A stretch of 64,000 bases of DNA, taken from the NCBI RefSeq assembly GCF_036971445.1, contig NC_091473.1, positions 91,264,001-91,328,000 on the forward strand, given 5' to 3'. The position numbers and the translations under genes were made by a program. Positions 50,178 through 63,622 of the stretch are shown piece after piece (within the stretch, counting starts at the first letter, position 1; each line of letters begins with the position of its first letter). Under the pieces are notes generated by a model, which saw only the letters and a program-made list of their open reading frames with translations, searched no databases and was not told where the DNA came from. This DNA comes from Narcine bancroftii. Taxonomy: Eukaryota.

Positions 50178-53100
50178 ATAGCATAATCATAGAACACTAC
50201 AGCACAGTGCAGCCCTCGATGTTGTGCTGACCCAATATATTTTTTAAAAATGTACTTAACCCTCCATTTTTCCTCCATCCATGTGCCTGTCTAAGAGTCT
50301 CTTAAATGGCCGTAATGTTTCAGCCTCCACCACCAACCTTGACAAAGCATTCCAGGCACCCACAACTTTCTGCATTTAAAAAAATAACTTGCTCCTCATG
50401 TCTCCCATAAACTTCCCTCCCTTCACTTTGTACATGTGGGCTCTGGTGTTTGCTATTCCTGTCATGGGAAGCAGATACTAGCTGTTATGCATCTTGTAAT
50501 CTTGTAGACCTCTTTTAAGTCCTTCTACGCTCCAAGGAGAAAAGTCCCAGTTCTGCTAATCTTGCCTCAAAAGAATTGTTTTACGATCCAGGTAACAGCC
50601 TGCTAAATCTCCTCTGTACCCTCTCCATAGCTTCCACATCCTTCCTATAATGAGGTGACCAGAACTAAATATGATACTCCAAGTGTGGTCTTACCAGAGA
50701 TTTGAAGAGTTGCAACATAATCTCTCTTCTCAACTCGATATCCCTATTAATGAAGCCTAGCATCCGATAGGTCTTAACTATCCTATCAACTTGTGCAGTG
50801 ACCTTGAGGGATGCATGGATTTGAACCCAAAGGTCCCTCTGTTCATCATACTCCTAAATAACCGACCACTAACCCTGTACTCAGCCTTCTGATTTGTCCT
50901 TCCAAAGGCATCACCTCACACTTATCCAGATTGAACTCCATCTGCCACTTCTCCACTCAACTCTGCATTGTAACCTATGACATCCTTCAGCTCCATTCAC
51001 AACTCCTCCAAATTTCGTGTTATCTGCAAACTTACTGACTCATCCTTCTGCCTCTTCATCCAGGTCATTTATAAAAATCACAAAGAGCAGGGTCCCAGAA
51101 CAGATCCTTGTGGCACTCCACTAGTCACCGCCTTCAGACAATACTTTCCTTCCACTGCTACTCTCTGATTTCTTTCTGCAAGCCAATTTTTTATCCACAT
51201 GGCCAAAGTTCCACTGATGCTATGCCTCATCATTTTCTGAATGAGTCTCTCCTAGGGGAACTTGACTTTGCCTTACTAAAATCTATGTAGGCCACATCTA
51301 ATGCCTTACCCTCATCAATTTCTTTTTTTACCTCCTCAAAAAAAACTCAATTAGGTTTGTGAGGCATGACTTTCCCTTCACAAAGGGATGCTGATGATCC
51401 TTGAGTAGACTGGACTTCTCCAAATGCTCATAAATTCTCTCTTTAAGAATCCTCTCCATTAGTTTGCAAACCACTGATGCAAGACTCACTGGTCTATAAT
51501 TCGCAGGATTCTTTTTAAACTTTGTTATTAGTTTTATAACAAATACAATGAAGAAAAGGAAACAAAATTGAAATTAAATGTGTGTGTGTGTTCAAACCAT
51601 GTAGACTTGGTTCCCCCCTCCACTGCAGTGGGTGAAAAAAAAATTCAAGTATTATATTAAAATAAAACCTATCCTACTCTAATTTTTTTAAAAAGGAAAA
51701 GCTAACAACAAATAACTGAGCAGCTTATCCTGAGGGTTACATATTTTGTAGTTTTTGGTTCATCCCTTAAATCACCAAACAAAAGTAAGTCTATATCTCA
51801 TCTGGAAGAGTAAATACATCTTAACACATTAGAAACATACTGTTTTTTGCCATTTTCCAATCCTCCGGCACCTTTTCTGTGGCCAAAGAGGATTCAAAGA
51901 TCATAGCTGCTACCCCAGCTATCTCTTCCCTCATTTTCTACAGCAACCTGGGTATATCGCACCTAACCCCAGGGACTTGGCAATCTTGATGTTTTTTAAG
52001 AAGATCCAACACTTCCACTTCCTTTTTCTCCATATGGTCCAGCATACGAGCCTGTTCTATTCTGATCTCGCCCTGATCAAGGTCATTTTCTCTTGTGAAT
52101 TCTGAAGTAATGTATTCATTTAGGACCACCCCAACCTCCTCTGCCTCCAGGCACATGTTGCCTCCTTTATCCTTTCGCAGACCAACCTTCATTCTCATCA
52201 TCCTTTTGTTCTTCACATACGCAAAGAACGCCTTGGGGTTCTCTTTAATGCTACATGCCAAGGCCTTCTCATTGCCCCCCTTTGAGCTCTCCTAAGTCCT
52301 TTCTTAAGCTCCTTTCTGGCTACCATATACTTATCATGAGCCATTCCTGTTTCCTGCTTCCTATATCTAATATATACTTCCTTCTTCCTTTTGACTAGTT
52401 GCCTTACCTGTTTCATCAGCCACAGTTTCCTTTTCCTACAATCTTTTCCTTGTCTCAATGGGAAAAACTTATCTTGAACCCTGCACAAATGGACCCTAAA
52501 CTTCCTCCACATTACTTCTGTGCTTTCACCCTTGAACGTCTGTTTCTAATTTACTCTTGCTAGTTCCTGCCTCATCCCTTCATAATTAGCCCTACCCCAG
52601 TTAAGCACTTTCTCATCTTGTCTGTTGTTATCCTTTTCCATAGCTATGCTGAAGCTAAGGGAGTTGTGGTCACTTTCCCAAAATGCTCCCCCACAGAGAA
52701 GTCTGCCTCCTGACCAGATTCATTAACCAGAATTATGTCCAGTATGGGCCCTCCTCTCATTAGCCAGTCCACATACTGTGTCATGAATCCTGACATATTC
52801 AGCTCCATCCATCCCTCTTCCAGGCAGGAGTTTCCAATCAATATTAGGTAAGTTGAAATCACCCATAACTTCAACCCTGTATTTCCTGCTTCATTCCAAA
52901 ATCTGCCTGCTTATCTGCTCCTCAGTGTTTTAAGGGCTATTTAGATTACTCCCAGCACAGTGATTGCTCCCTTCCTATTTCTGACTTCCACCCATGCTGA
53001 CTCAGTGGACACTCCCTCTGCAGCATCCTCCCTTTTTATAGCCATGACACTATCCCTGACCAGTAATGCTACCCCACCCTCCTTCTACTACCTCCCATCC

Positions 53101-54390
53101 TATTCCTTCTAAAATACTTAAGTCCTGGTACCTGCATCAGCCAATCCTGCCAAGTTTCTGTAATGGCCACAACATGATAGTTCTATGTACTGATTCATGC
53201 TCCAAGTTCATCCCCTTTATTCCTAATACTCCTAGCATTGAAATAGACACATTTCAATCCATCTAATTGCTACATTTATATTTTGACCCCTGCCTGCCTG
53301 CCCTTCCTCACAAACTCAGAACACATGGCATCAAGCATTTCACCTTTTACCTTAATCTCTGCACTCACATTCTGATGCCCATCCCCCTGCCAAATTAGTT
53401 TAAACCCTCCCCAACAGCTCTAGCAAACCAGTTTGCCAGGATATTGGTCCCCTCCAGTTCAGGTGCAGCCTGTCCTTTTTGTACAGGTCAAACCTTCCCC
53501 AGAAGAGATCCCAATGACCCACAAATCTTCACTCTTCAGCCATGCATTCATCTGCCACATCTTCCTGTTCCTACCCTCTCTGGTGCATGGCACAGGCAGC
53601 AATCCTGAGATTACCAATTGTGAGCTCCTGCTTTATAACTTTCCTAACTCCCTTTATTCCCTCTTCAGGACCTCATCCCTATTCCTATCTATGTCATTGG
53701 TCCCCCCGTAGACCATGACATCTGGCCGCTCCCCCTCAGAATGCTGTGAACTCGATCAGAGACATACCTGACCCTGGCATCTGGGAAGCAACATGTCTCT
53801 GGGGGGCCTCGATCTCATTCACAGAATCTCCTTTCCACTCGTATAACCAATGAATCCCCAATCACCATAGCTCTCCCCTTCCTTTTTTGGCTGAGGGGGC
53901 CAGCCTCTGCACCTTAGACATGCTCACCACGGCTTATCCCTGATAGACTGTCACCCCAAAACAGTATACTTGTTGTTGAGGGGAAAGGCTACAGGAGTGC
54001 TCTGTACTGTCAGCCTATTCCCCTTCCCTCTCCTAACAGTCACTCAGTTACCTGTCTCTTGACTTTTAGGGGTCACTGTCTCCCCGACACTCCTCTCTAT
54101 CACTGTCTCCTGAATGATCCAGAGTTCCTCCAGCTCCAGTTCCCTAACTCGGTCTCCCAGGACTTGCAGCTGGATGCATCTCTAAGTCATCAGGGACAAT
54201 TGTGCTGTCCCAGATTTCCCACACCCTGCAATCCGAGCATTCAACTGCCCTCAGTGCTGTCTCCATTAATTCTTCCTAATTTAAATTCAAAGATCTTACC
54301 TTACTAAATCAAGCTCATCCTCAGCCTCTGTTTGCTGAAGCCTTGTGAACCAAAGCTTCTAAGTCCCTCTCGTACCCTGAGCCACTCACG
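50178..54390 (-). mobile_element. Near full-length decayed CR1 LINE (ORF1 remnant and ORF2), interrupted by an AT-rich insert at about 51511-51840
   Basis: SIKENPKAFFAYVKNKR, RT remnants and ORF1 end (...ggagggtttaaactaa on the minus strand). Confidence 0.85.
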
Positions 54391-54399
54391 CAGGGATCA

Positions 54400-55102
54400 G
54401 GGGAAAGGTTTCTTCTGTCAGTAAATTGAAATGGCTCTAGTGTCTATGGGAAGTGTGCTTTTATGTGCACCATCACCAGATACTTGAAGTATTTCATAAT
54501 GGTAGAGATCAGTGACACGAGCCAGTAGTCACTGAGTCCTATTACTGTCACCCTCTTTGGTACTGAGATGATGGTGGTGGTCTTGAAATCTGCGGGGACA
54601 TTGAGCTGCTGCAGTGACATGTTTAAGATATCTGTAAGGACCTTTGTCAGTTGGTCTGCTCAGTCCTTCAGTACCTGACCAGGTACTCTGCTGCCTTGTG
54701 AGGGTTCTCCTTGGATAGGGTTCTCCTCTCCTCGGCTGCAGCTATGCAGAGGGGGTGCAGTGTTACAAGGAGAGATCAGATGGTACAGAGCAAAGTCAAC
54801 ATGATCTCACCATTGAGGTTCATTCATGTGTCTAGTAATGACAGGAAAAACTATCCTTCAATATGGTAGTTCTGGAATCTTCTTCCTGATGGGAGAGGGG
54901 GTAAAGAGAGTATGGCCTGGATGGGATGATTCTTTTAATATGTTGGCTATTTATCCAAGGCAGAGGGAATTCTAGTTTGAGCTGATAGAGGAGGAAGGGT
55001 ATGTGTGGTGGCTTGAGCTGTGTTCATAACCTCTGAATATTCTTATGGTTATGGGCAGAACATGCTGTGATGCATCCTGACCAAATGGTACACCTGCAGA
55101 AG
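54400..55102 (-). mobile_element. Rex1/Babar-type LINE fragments
   Basis: Minus strand VPGQVLKD..DQLTKVLTDI-like segment and Rex-type 3' end. Confidence 0.6.
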
Positions 55103-58100
55103 TTCACAAGATCACAAGACAAGGAACAGAAGCAGGCCACTAGGCCCATCGAATCTGTTCCATAAATCTACACTAAGCAACTCTACACTAGTTCCAATTT
55201 CCCCATATCTCTTGATGCTCTCACTAATGAGATACTTGTCTATTTCCTGTTTAAATACTCCCAGTGATCTGGCTTCCACTACTGTATACGGCAGTGAGTT
55301 CCACAGATCCACGACCCTCTAGCTAAATAAGTTCTTCCTAATCTCTTTTGTATGGATAACCTCTAATTTTCAGACTATGATCCCTTGTCCTCGATTCACC
55401 CACCAAGGGAAACATCTTACTTCCATCCACCCTATCTAAATCTTTCAAAATACAAAATACCTCTATGAGATCTCATCTCATTATCCTATACTCCAATGAA
55501 TACAACCCAAGAGCTGCCAAACGCTCCTCGTATATTAGCCTTTGCATTCCTGGAATGATCCTAGTAAATCTCCTCTGCACTCTCTCCAACAACATCACAT
55601 CCTTTCTAAGATGGAAGGCCCAATGAGGTCTCACCAGTGCCCCATAGAGCCTCATCAACTCCTCTTTACCCTTATACACTATTCCTCTTGAAATGAATTC
55701 CAACATAGCATTCGCTTTCTTCACTACTAATCTCACCTGGTCATTAACTTTTAGGTTTCCCTATAGGAGGTCACCCAGGCCCCTTTGCAATCCGAGGTCT
55801 GAATTTTTACCCCATCCAAATAGTATTCTGCCTGTTTATTTCCACTGCCAAAATGTACAACTGTACATTTCTCTATGTTAAATCTCATCTGCCATAATTT
55901 TGCCCAGTCTCCAAATCTGTCTATATCCTTCTGCAACTTTACGGTTTCTACTACACTTCCTATTCCGCCACCTATCTTGGTGTCATCCGCAAATTTGGCC
56001 ACAAAACCATTCATACCACAATCCAAATCATTAATAAAATTGTAAACCGCAGCGGCCCCAAAAATGACCCCTGCGGCACACTACTAGTTACAGGCAGCCA
56101 TCCAGAATAGGAACCCTTAATTTCAACCCTTTGCTTCCTGCCTATCAGCAACTTTTCTATCCAGTTTATTAACTTCCCTGTAATTCCATGAGCCCTCATC
56201 TTATTTATCAACCTAATATGTCGCACCTTATAGAAAGCCTTTTTAAAATCTAAATAGATAACATCCATAGCCTCTCCTTTGTCTATCCTACTTGAGATTT
56301 CTTGAAAAAATTCTTAATAGGTTGGTCAGGCAGGATCTACCCTTCAAAAAACCGTGCCGTCTTGAACCTATCATGTCATGCATCTCTAGGTATTTCATCA
56401 CCTCATCCTTCAGGATCAACTCTGATATCTTCCCAACCATCGACGTCAGACTAATCAGCCTGTAGTTTCCTTTTTTCTATCTCCCACCTTTCTTAAACAG
56501 TAGAACCACATTTGCAACCTTCCAATCCTCTGGACAGTCTCCATAGTCCATCGATTTCTGGAAGATCATTGCCAATGGATCTACAATCTCCAAAGCCACC
56601 TCTTTCAAAACCCTCAGATGCACCTCATCCAGTCCGGGAGATTTATCAATCTTTGATCTGTTTAATTTGCCTAGTACAATTTCTCTAGTAACCCTAACTG
56701 AATCTAACTCTACTCCCTGAAGCCTCTGACTGCTGGGGATATTACTAATGTCTTCCACAGTGAAGACAGATGTAAAATATTGATTAAGTTCCTCTGCCAC
56801 CTCTATATAACCCATTACAATTTCCTCAGCGTCGTTTTCTATTGGTCCTATGTCAACACGTGTCTCTTTTATTTCTTCTATTTTTGAAAAAAACTCTTCG
56901 TATTGTTTTTAATATTGTTAGCTCATATTCTTCCATAGTTCATCTTTTTTTCCGAATGACTTTCTTTGTCTCCCTCTGTAAGTGTTGAAAGGAATCCCAG
57001 TCCTCTGATTTCCCACTAATTTTAGCTTCCTTGTATACCTTCTCCTTTCCTTTTAGATTAGCCTTCACCTCTTTTGTCAGCCACAATGGTACCATTTTTC
57101 CTTAGACAAATTTCTTTTTCCTTGTAATATATCTATCCTGCATGCCTTTTATTACTTGCAAAAATATCTTCCAATCCTGCTCTGATCCTCCAATGTTTGC
57201 TTTCCCAGTTTACTTGAGCCAGTTCCTTTTTCATACCACTGTAATTTCCTTTATTCTACTGAAAAAATGATACATCCGATAATTTTGTTTTTACCTTTTC
57301 AAATTTTAAATTAAATTCAACCATGTTATGATCGCTGCTTCCTAGTGGTTCTATGACCTTTAACTCCCTAACGACCTCAGGTTCATTGAACATGACCCAA
57401 TCCTAGTGGGCTTCTCAACAAGCTGTTCAAAAAAACTATCTCTTAGGTTTTCTCTCCTGGCTTCCAGTATTTTCCTGCCTTTCCCAATTCCCTGCCATGT
57501 TAAAATCCCCCATAATTATTTTGGTATTATCCTTGTGGCATGCCCTCTGTATTTCCTGCTGTAGCTCATTTCCACTTCCTGGCTACTGTTTGGGGGGCCT
57601 GTATATAACTGCTAATACAGTCTTTTTACCCTTGACATTTCTTAATTCAACCGATAATGATTCTATCTCTTTGGACCCTATGACCCTTATTTCTATTGAT
57701 TTAATGCCATTTTTTAATCATCAGAGCCACCCCTCCTCCTCTACCCACCTGCCTATCTTTCCTATAGACTGTGTAACCTTGGATATTAAGCTCCCAATCA
57801 CACCCATTGAGCCATGTTTCAGTAATAGCTACAATGTCCTACTTTTTCATTTGAATCTGAGCAACCAGGTCATCCACATTGTTTCTAATGCTACGTGTAT
57901 TTAAATATAGTTCCCTTAAACCCGATACAGAAATTGTTTGTTCCGTATTCTTTGTACAGTACTTCCTCCTGCCTGCTCACCTGCCTTTTCTTTCTGTTGT
58001 TATTGAGTAACTCTTCACTATTTATTTCTCTCCCTGTTTTAATTCCCTGCCTCCCTACTCCCTACTGCATTCTCATTTTGAATTCCTTCCCCTTGCCAAA

Positions 58101-58290
58101 CTAGTTTAAACCCTCTCCAACAGCTCTAGCAAACCCTCCTGCCAGGATATTGGTCCCCTTCCAGTTTAGGTGCAGCCCATCCTTGTTATAGAGGCCTGAC
58201 CTTCCCCGAAGGAATCAAAATGATCTAGGAATCTGCAGCCCTGCACCAACTCCTTAGCCACACATTTATCAGCCATAGCTTCCTATTAGT
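55103..58290 (-). mobile_element. CR1 LINE (ORF1 esterase-like end and ORF2), same subfamily as 38436-41149
   Basis: DGLHLNWKGTNILAGGFARAVGEGLN* ORF1 end; FADDTKIGG; 3' end nearly identical to that of the 38436-41149 copy. Confidence 0.9.
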
Positions 58291-59830
58291 ATCTTGATAA
58301 GGGATCTAGGTGATTGCCAGATTTTCTCGGTCATCTGTGCAAGTATAGGTGCTGGTGCATATTCTTGGCCATTGTGTTGACGTGGATGGACCAGGACAGA
58401 TCACTGGAGATGTTTTCTCTGAGGAAATTGAAGCTGTTAATTATCTCGACCTTATCACCTTTATCATCATTGATGCAGACCTGGAAGTGATATCTGCCCC
58501 TCTTCTAGAAGTCTATATCTAGGTACTTGGTCTTGCTGACATTGAGAGTGAGTCATCCTGGTACAAAACCCCTGCTCTCTCTATAATCCTGTGGTGTCAT
58601 CCACAAATTCACAAGCATCAAAGAACCACCTACTGCTCCATTCAACAGCCACACTTTGGCAAATTAGGAGTTTGTGTTTGGCCATATGCAGTCATAGGTG
58701 TGCCAGGAATATAGTATGGAACTGCATTGCTGTCACCAATCCTCACTGATTGTGGCCTTTATGACAGGAAGTCATGGATCCAATTGCAGAGATGGGGTGC
58801 TGAAAGGTCGTAGATTGGGGATGATACTTTAGTGTTGAAGTGGAGCTGCAATTGTTGGTGACTTGTGCAGGTGTCCATGTTGTCTAAGTGATCCAGGGCT
58901 GATTGTAAGGCCAGGGAGATGATGTAGAGCAGTATGAGAATTAGAGAGGATCAAGGTGGTCTGGCAGCTGGAGTTGATGTGACCCATGATCAATCTCTTG
59001 AAGAGCTTCATGATGGTGGCTGACAGAAGCAGTAACCAGTAGCCATTTAGTTCCATCGCTATGTTCTTCTTAGGCACTCTCTGGAAAGCTGATCTGATGA
59101 ATCCAGTTGCGCTCAAGACTAAAGAGGTATGAGTCACTGGCTGAAAAGAATACGTTGAGCTTGTAAGGGATGGGCACACTGTTTACTCTGCCTAGTTTCA
59201 TTTCTCTCCTGTGATGGCATACTTTCCCAGCCATAATCGTCTAATATCTGAGGTTTATCCTGGATTCAAATCTGCTTCTTGGCATCCCTTTTGGCCTTGG
59301 AGTTGTACCTGGCTTTCTTAAACAGCAGTGGGTCCCCTAACTTGTCCATCACATTCCTGGCCTACAGCAGTAAATGGACATTGCTCTTCAGCCATATTTT
59401 CCAGTTGGTGAACACTCAGGTTATTCTTTTTGGCAAGCAGTCCTTCACACTTGCTGATCAAGTCATTGATGGCAGTGGTGTATTTGTTGAGGCTAGTTGC
59501 TGAGTTCATAAAAACGGAGTTCACTGACTCTGCAGTTGTGAAAGATGCTATTTGCTTCCTCAACCCAACTTCTGCTTGTAGATGGGTGAGAGTAGCACTG
59601 ATAAGTGGTCTGATTTGCCAAAGTGTGGCTGTTGAATGGAGCAGTGGATGTTTCTTTGATGATTGTGAAGCAGTGGTTAAGGATGTTTGGGTCTCTGGTG
59701 GGAGAGGTGATGTGTTGGTGAAATTGTGGTAGAATGATCTTGAGGTTGGCGTAGTTTAAGTATCCAGCTTTGGTGAACATGGGTTTGGGGTGTTTCATCT
59801 CAAGGCTGTTGATGGAAGTGAATAGATCCT
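58291..59830 (-). mobile_element. Rex1/Babar-type LINE, decayed (continues the 54830-55102 piece split by the CR1)
   Basis: ANLKIILPQFHQHITSPTRDPNILNHCFT endonuclease end; SATIMKLFKRLIMGHI RT segment. Confidence 0.75.
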
Positions 59831-60536
59831 GCAGTGGTAATCTTTCCTCCCATTGGAGCTTCGAGCAGAGTGTCTATTTAAGGAATCTGGTGTTAGGCAT
59901 GCTGATTATTTTACCCACCTACTGACACTTGTCACACATGATTAGAGACCCTTGAAGCTTGGAATGTTGGCTAGAAGATAATGTTGATATTGGGTACTTT
60001 GGGAAGGCAAACCGGCTGCATCTCTTCAGTGCTTTGAATTATCTATTTTTTCTTCTCCCAACTTTCACCCACCTAACCTTCCCCATACTCCCTCTCTTTG
60101 AGTTGAAAAGTAGTTACAGTGGAAATTGCATCTTAAGAGTCTCAGTGATATCCACCAATATTGTTCACTGGAAGTCCTCTGCGCTAACAGTCCATCTGTA
60201 TTGCATTGAGGAACAGATAATGTCATTGGCATTATTACTATAGTACAGAGCAGCCCTTTACAGGAAATAAGCCTTCCACATTAGGCCTGGAATGAGAGAT
60301 CAGCAGTTCTGGGGCCAGCACTGAAAGGGGCCCTTGCATCAAGAAATAATTCAAAACAGGCATCCGCTCATGGTCTACCAAATGCAGTGGTCCATGCTTG
60401 ATTGTACACTTTGGAGAAATGGATAATCTACAGTTTAGTGTCCGATCACAGAAACTAAACCCTGCCTTCAAACATTTGTGCTAATTCCTTCTTTGCATCA
60501 AAATTTCTTAATGAGAATGTTTTTCTGCTTCATAAG

Positions 60537-60629
60537 GTGCTGCGCTTCAACTTTCCTTGAAGTATACAGAAGATTACAATTCTGTTCCTCCAACAGTAAC
60601 TTTCAATACTATTCCATTTCATCCCAATG
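60537..60629 (+). CDS. UBE2U: UBE2U third coding exon (HPN motif)
   Basis: ttcataag|GT...AAT G|gtgagt; 93 bp; (G)AALQLSLKYTEDYNSVPPTVTFNTIPFHPN. Confidence 0.9.
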
Positions 60630-61075
60630 GTGAGTATCTGAAAAAAATTCTCATGATGGTTGGGTTTACCTAGGAACAAGGTAGTTCCACCAAAAACAGT
60701 AGGCTGCCTTAATTAAGTAATTGGTCAGATGTCTGTTTTGAGACTAGCCTGAGAGGTTGCAGAGGTAGTTGAAGACTGAGGTAAGTAAATGCTTCAAATA
60801 GCAGAAGAAATGGAGGCTGGAGGAGAAGGAAACATCACCCATGTCGATGAGTAGATTTTCATGCAGTGCAATGTTCTGCAATTCGCAATTCCATCAAACC
60901 CCATACAAGGAAAATATATCGGAGATCTAGTACACTTGATAAAGTTCACGAGGATATATGTGGGGTAATGATAGAAATGGGTATGTTTATCTCATAACCT
61001 GTTCTTCCTTTATGGCTTTAAGTAAAAAAATTAGTTATTTTGCTCAACATGTGTCTATCCACATCTATTTCGTAG

Positions 61076-61173
61076 TGGATGCGATCACAGGCAAGCCATG
61101 CATAGACTTCCTTGATAATCCCAGGAAATGGGAAGAACACTTCTCCATGACAACTATCCTGCTTGCCATTCAG
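61076..61173 (+). CDS. UBE2U: UBE2U fourth coding exon (catalytic Cys); the gene probably continues beyond the window
   Basis: ttcgtag|TG...CAG|gtagga; 98 bp; (V)DAITGKPCIDFLDNPRKWEEHFSMTTILLAIQ vs recalled human VDPHTGQPCIDFLDNPEKWNTNYTLSSILLALQ. Confidence 0.92.
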
Positions 61174-61861
61174 GTAGGAGTATTTTTACGGTATATAAAA
61201 TTTCCCTGTCAACTCTGTTATTAAACACTCAGCATGGATTGAAGTCATATCATTGAGTTAGGTCTCAGTGTCCAATGCTGTCTGTAAAGATTCCAGACTG
61301 GCATCAGAATTAGGCACATTATATTCTCATCACTTAATTTAGATGAATAACTGCTTTCAACTTGAACCAAATCACTTTTCAATCCACACGTAAAATATCA
61401 TGTTCAACTTTTTTGAAAACTTCTTATCTACAATATTTTAATTATTTCTCATTATAGATTAATAGATGTAAAATAGACGCATGTTCTCACATTGATTCCT
61501 TAACATACTGATCAAGGAAACTTTTGGATTCTTCCCATGAATTTGTTGTCCAGACTATTATTATTAATTTTTCTATATGCAGATGTAAGGTCATTAGGGT
61601 CCTCTATAATTACTGTATTAATCTTGTTACATGCACTTTTAATTTCTAAGTACCAATTTTGCCACTTTGGAGACCTATAGACAACTTCTACCAATGTCCC
61701 TTGCTGATTCTTGGTTCTTTTCAGAATTATTTCACTTAATTGAGTTTCCAAGCAAAAATCCCTTTATTACCTATATTCTTTTGTTTATTATCATTGTCAA
61801 CTTGCCTTCTTTTACATTTTCCTTATCTATTCTAAAAGACAAAAACATGCTATAAAATCTA

Positions 61862-63622
61862 CCACATATTTCAGCATGTAAGTTGAGTTGTGAAACCCCT
61901 AAAAAATCTCTCAAAAAATGGGGGTCGACTTTTATATACTTTTGAGACTTTCTATTCAGCTCAAAATCTAATTCCTGCTGATTTGGTGTATAAGTCAACT
62001 TTAGAAAAACCAAAAAAAAAACTCCAACTGCAACAGTTTTTCCATTGAGATTTTTATTGAAAACAACACATTTAGATCCCTTCAAAATCACTCTCTCTAT
62101 CATCGTCTGAAGCAAAGATGGCAGCAAGCACATCCATACTCTCACTATTTAAATGGTCATCATGTGTGTCCCAGTCTGTACTGATGAGATGGTTTCAGCT
62201 TCGTCATCAGTGTCCCACAATAAATCATCTTCTGTGCCATCAATTGCACAAGAGATACTGCACTAAAAAGTGATTTTATCACAGTGTCTACTTTACCTTT
62301 GTCCCATGCCTTGAGCACGAAGTTACATGGCATATCGAATGACACAGCACACATTGCCTGGCCTTTTGTAGACGACTTTTCTGCACTTGGCATCCATGTA
62401 TTCCATTCCTCGTGCACATGGTCTTTGAATGGCTTGCTCGAGCAGACATCAAGAGGTTGCAATATAGATGTCAAACCACCCGGGATAACTGCCATGTAAG
62501 TATTATGTAGTGCTAATCTATTTTTTTGTATTTTCAGCTAAGTGGCTACAAAACAAATCCCAGACCAGCAAACTCTCTTTTTGCATTAAATGCCTGGCTC
62601 TCTGTTCTACACATTGTCTATTCATTGTTTTACACCATTTTCATCCATCATTTTTCATGAAAATGTACAAAAATACCTGCAGGGAATTTCATTTTTGGTT
62701 TAATTTTGCATTTAAAAATTACCATGGGTTTTAACTTTATCCTTTTGGCCATGCAGTAGATTTGCTATCATGGAGGGTCTATCGACACAATCTACAAATC
62801 TACTACAGTAGATTTGGCCCTTTCGTGGCATGTACTTCTGGTTTACATATTTTTAACACCTTTCCATTCCACTGTTCTATTGCCTATCATGTCAAAGTTC
62901 ATGGGGCTTTTGTCCATATTTCTGATAATTGCCAATGAAAACTGGTGTTTCTTCTGGTTCCATATAATAAACTGGTGAAAACTTACAACTTTATGATCAA
63001 GATCTTTTGGTAGTTTCTGTGTAATTTCTGTTTTTTTGGTGTAATACCAGATTTTTCCTGTTCATGAAACGATTGCACCAGCCGACTGAAGTCCAGACAC
63101 AACTTGGCCCACTACAGTGCAAATGTTTTTATTTCAGATGACTATGTAACAATCTTGCCTCTGTTCACATACCCATTGTGCAACATGATTTTCCATCTCT
63201 AGCCAGCAACTGATTCCTTTTCTCAAAGAACATTGCCTTTTCATTATTTTCCTTAAAGTCTCTTCTTCCTTCCTCCAGTCTCTTACCAACTTCTCATGCA
63301 CATCAAATTTTCTTATAGCAAACAGTTGTTGGTTTTCTTGGCTATTTCTATCACTTTCAACTTAAAGCTCGCTTCATAATTTCATCGTGTGGTGCATTGT
63401 GTCGATAGACCCTCCATGATAGCAATCACCTCCAGCCAACGCCCAGCAGATCAATCTGTGTGATCTATGAGGGTTGACATCTATGCTGGTCAATGGGGCA
63501 CCTCAGGCAGCCAGAAAATGGGGGTCAACTTATATGCTGGATATACCATAAAACCCTTAAAATGAGGCTGAAAAAGGGGGATCGATTTGTACGCTGGTCA
63601 ACTTGTATGTCAAAGTATATGG
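61862..63622 (-). mobile_element. pogo-superfamily DNA transposon with a decayed POGK-like transposase
   Basis: TA-flanked imperfect TIRs ccacatatttcagcatgtaagttg / caacttgtatgtcaaagtatatgg; VIPGGLTSILQPLDV..KPFK (DDE_1), KPMVIFK, and N-terminal YEASFKLKVIEIA (Brinker-type DNA-binding domain). Confidence 0.88.

Noticed and set aside
60238-60471. 77-aa minus-strand ORF before the third UBE2U coding exon
   Set aside because: No recognisable homology or splice context.
62160-62495. Domesticated POGK gene
   Set aside because: The transposase has stops and frameshifts and is still bounded by TIRs and TA TSDs, so it is a decayed transposon.
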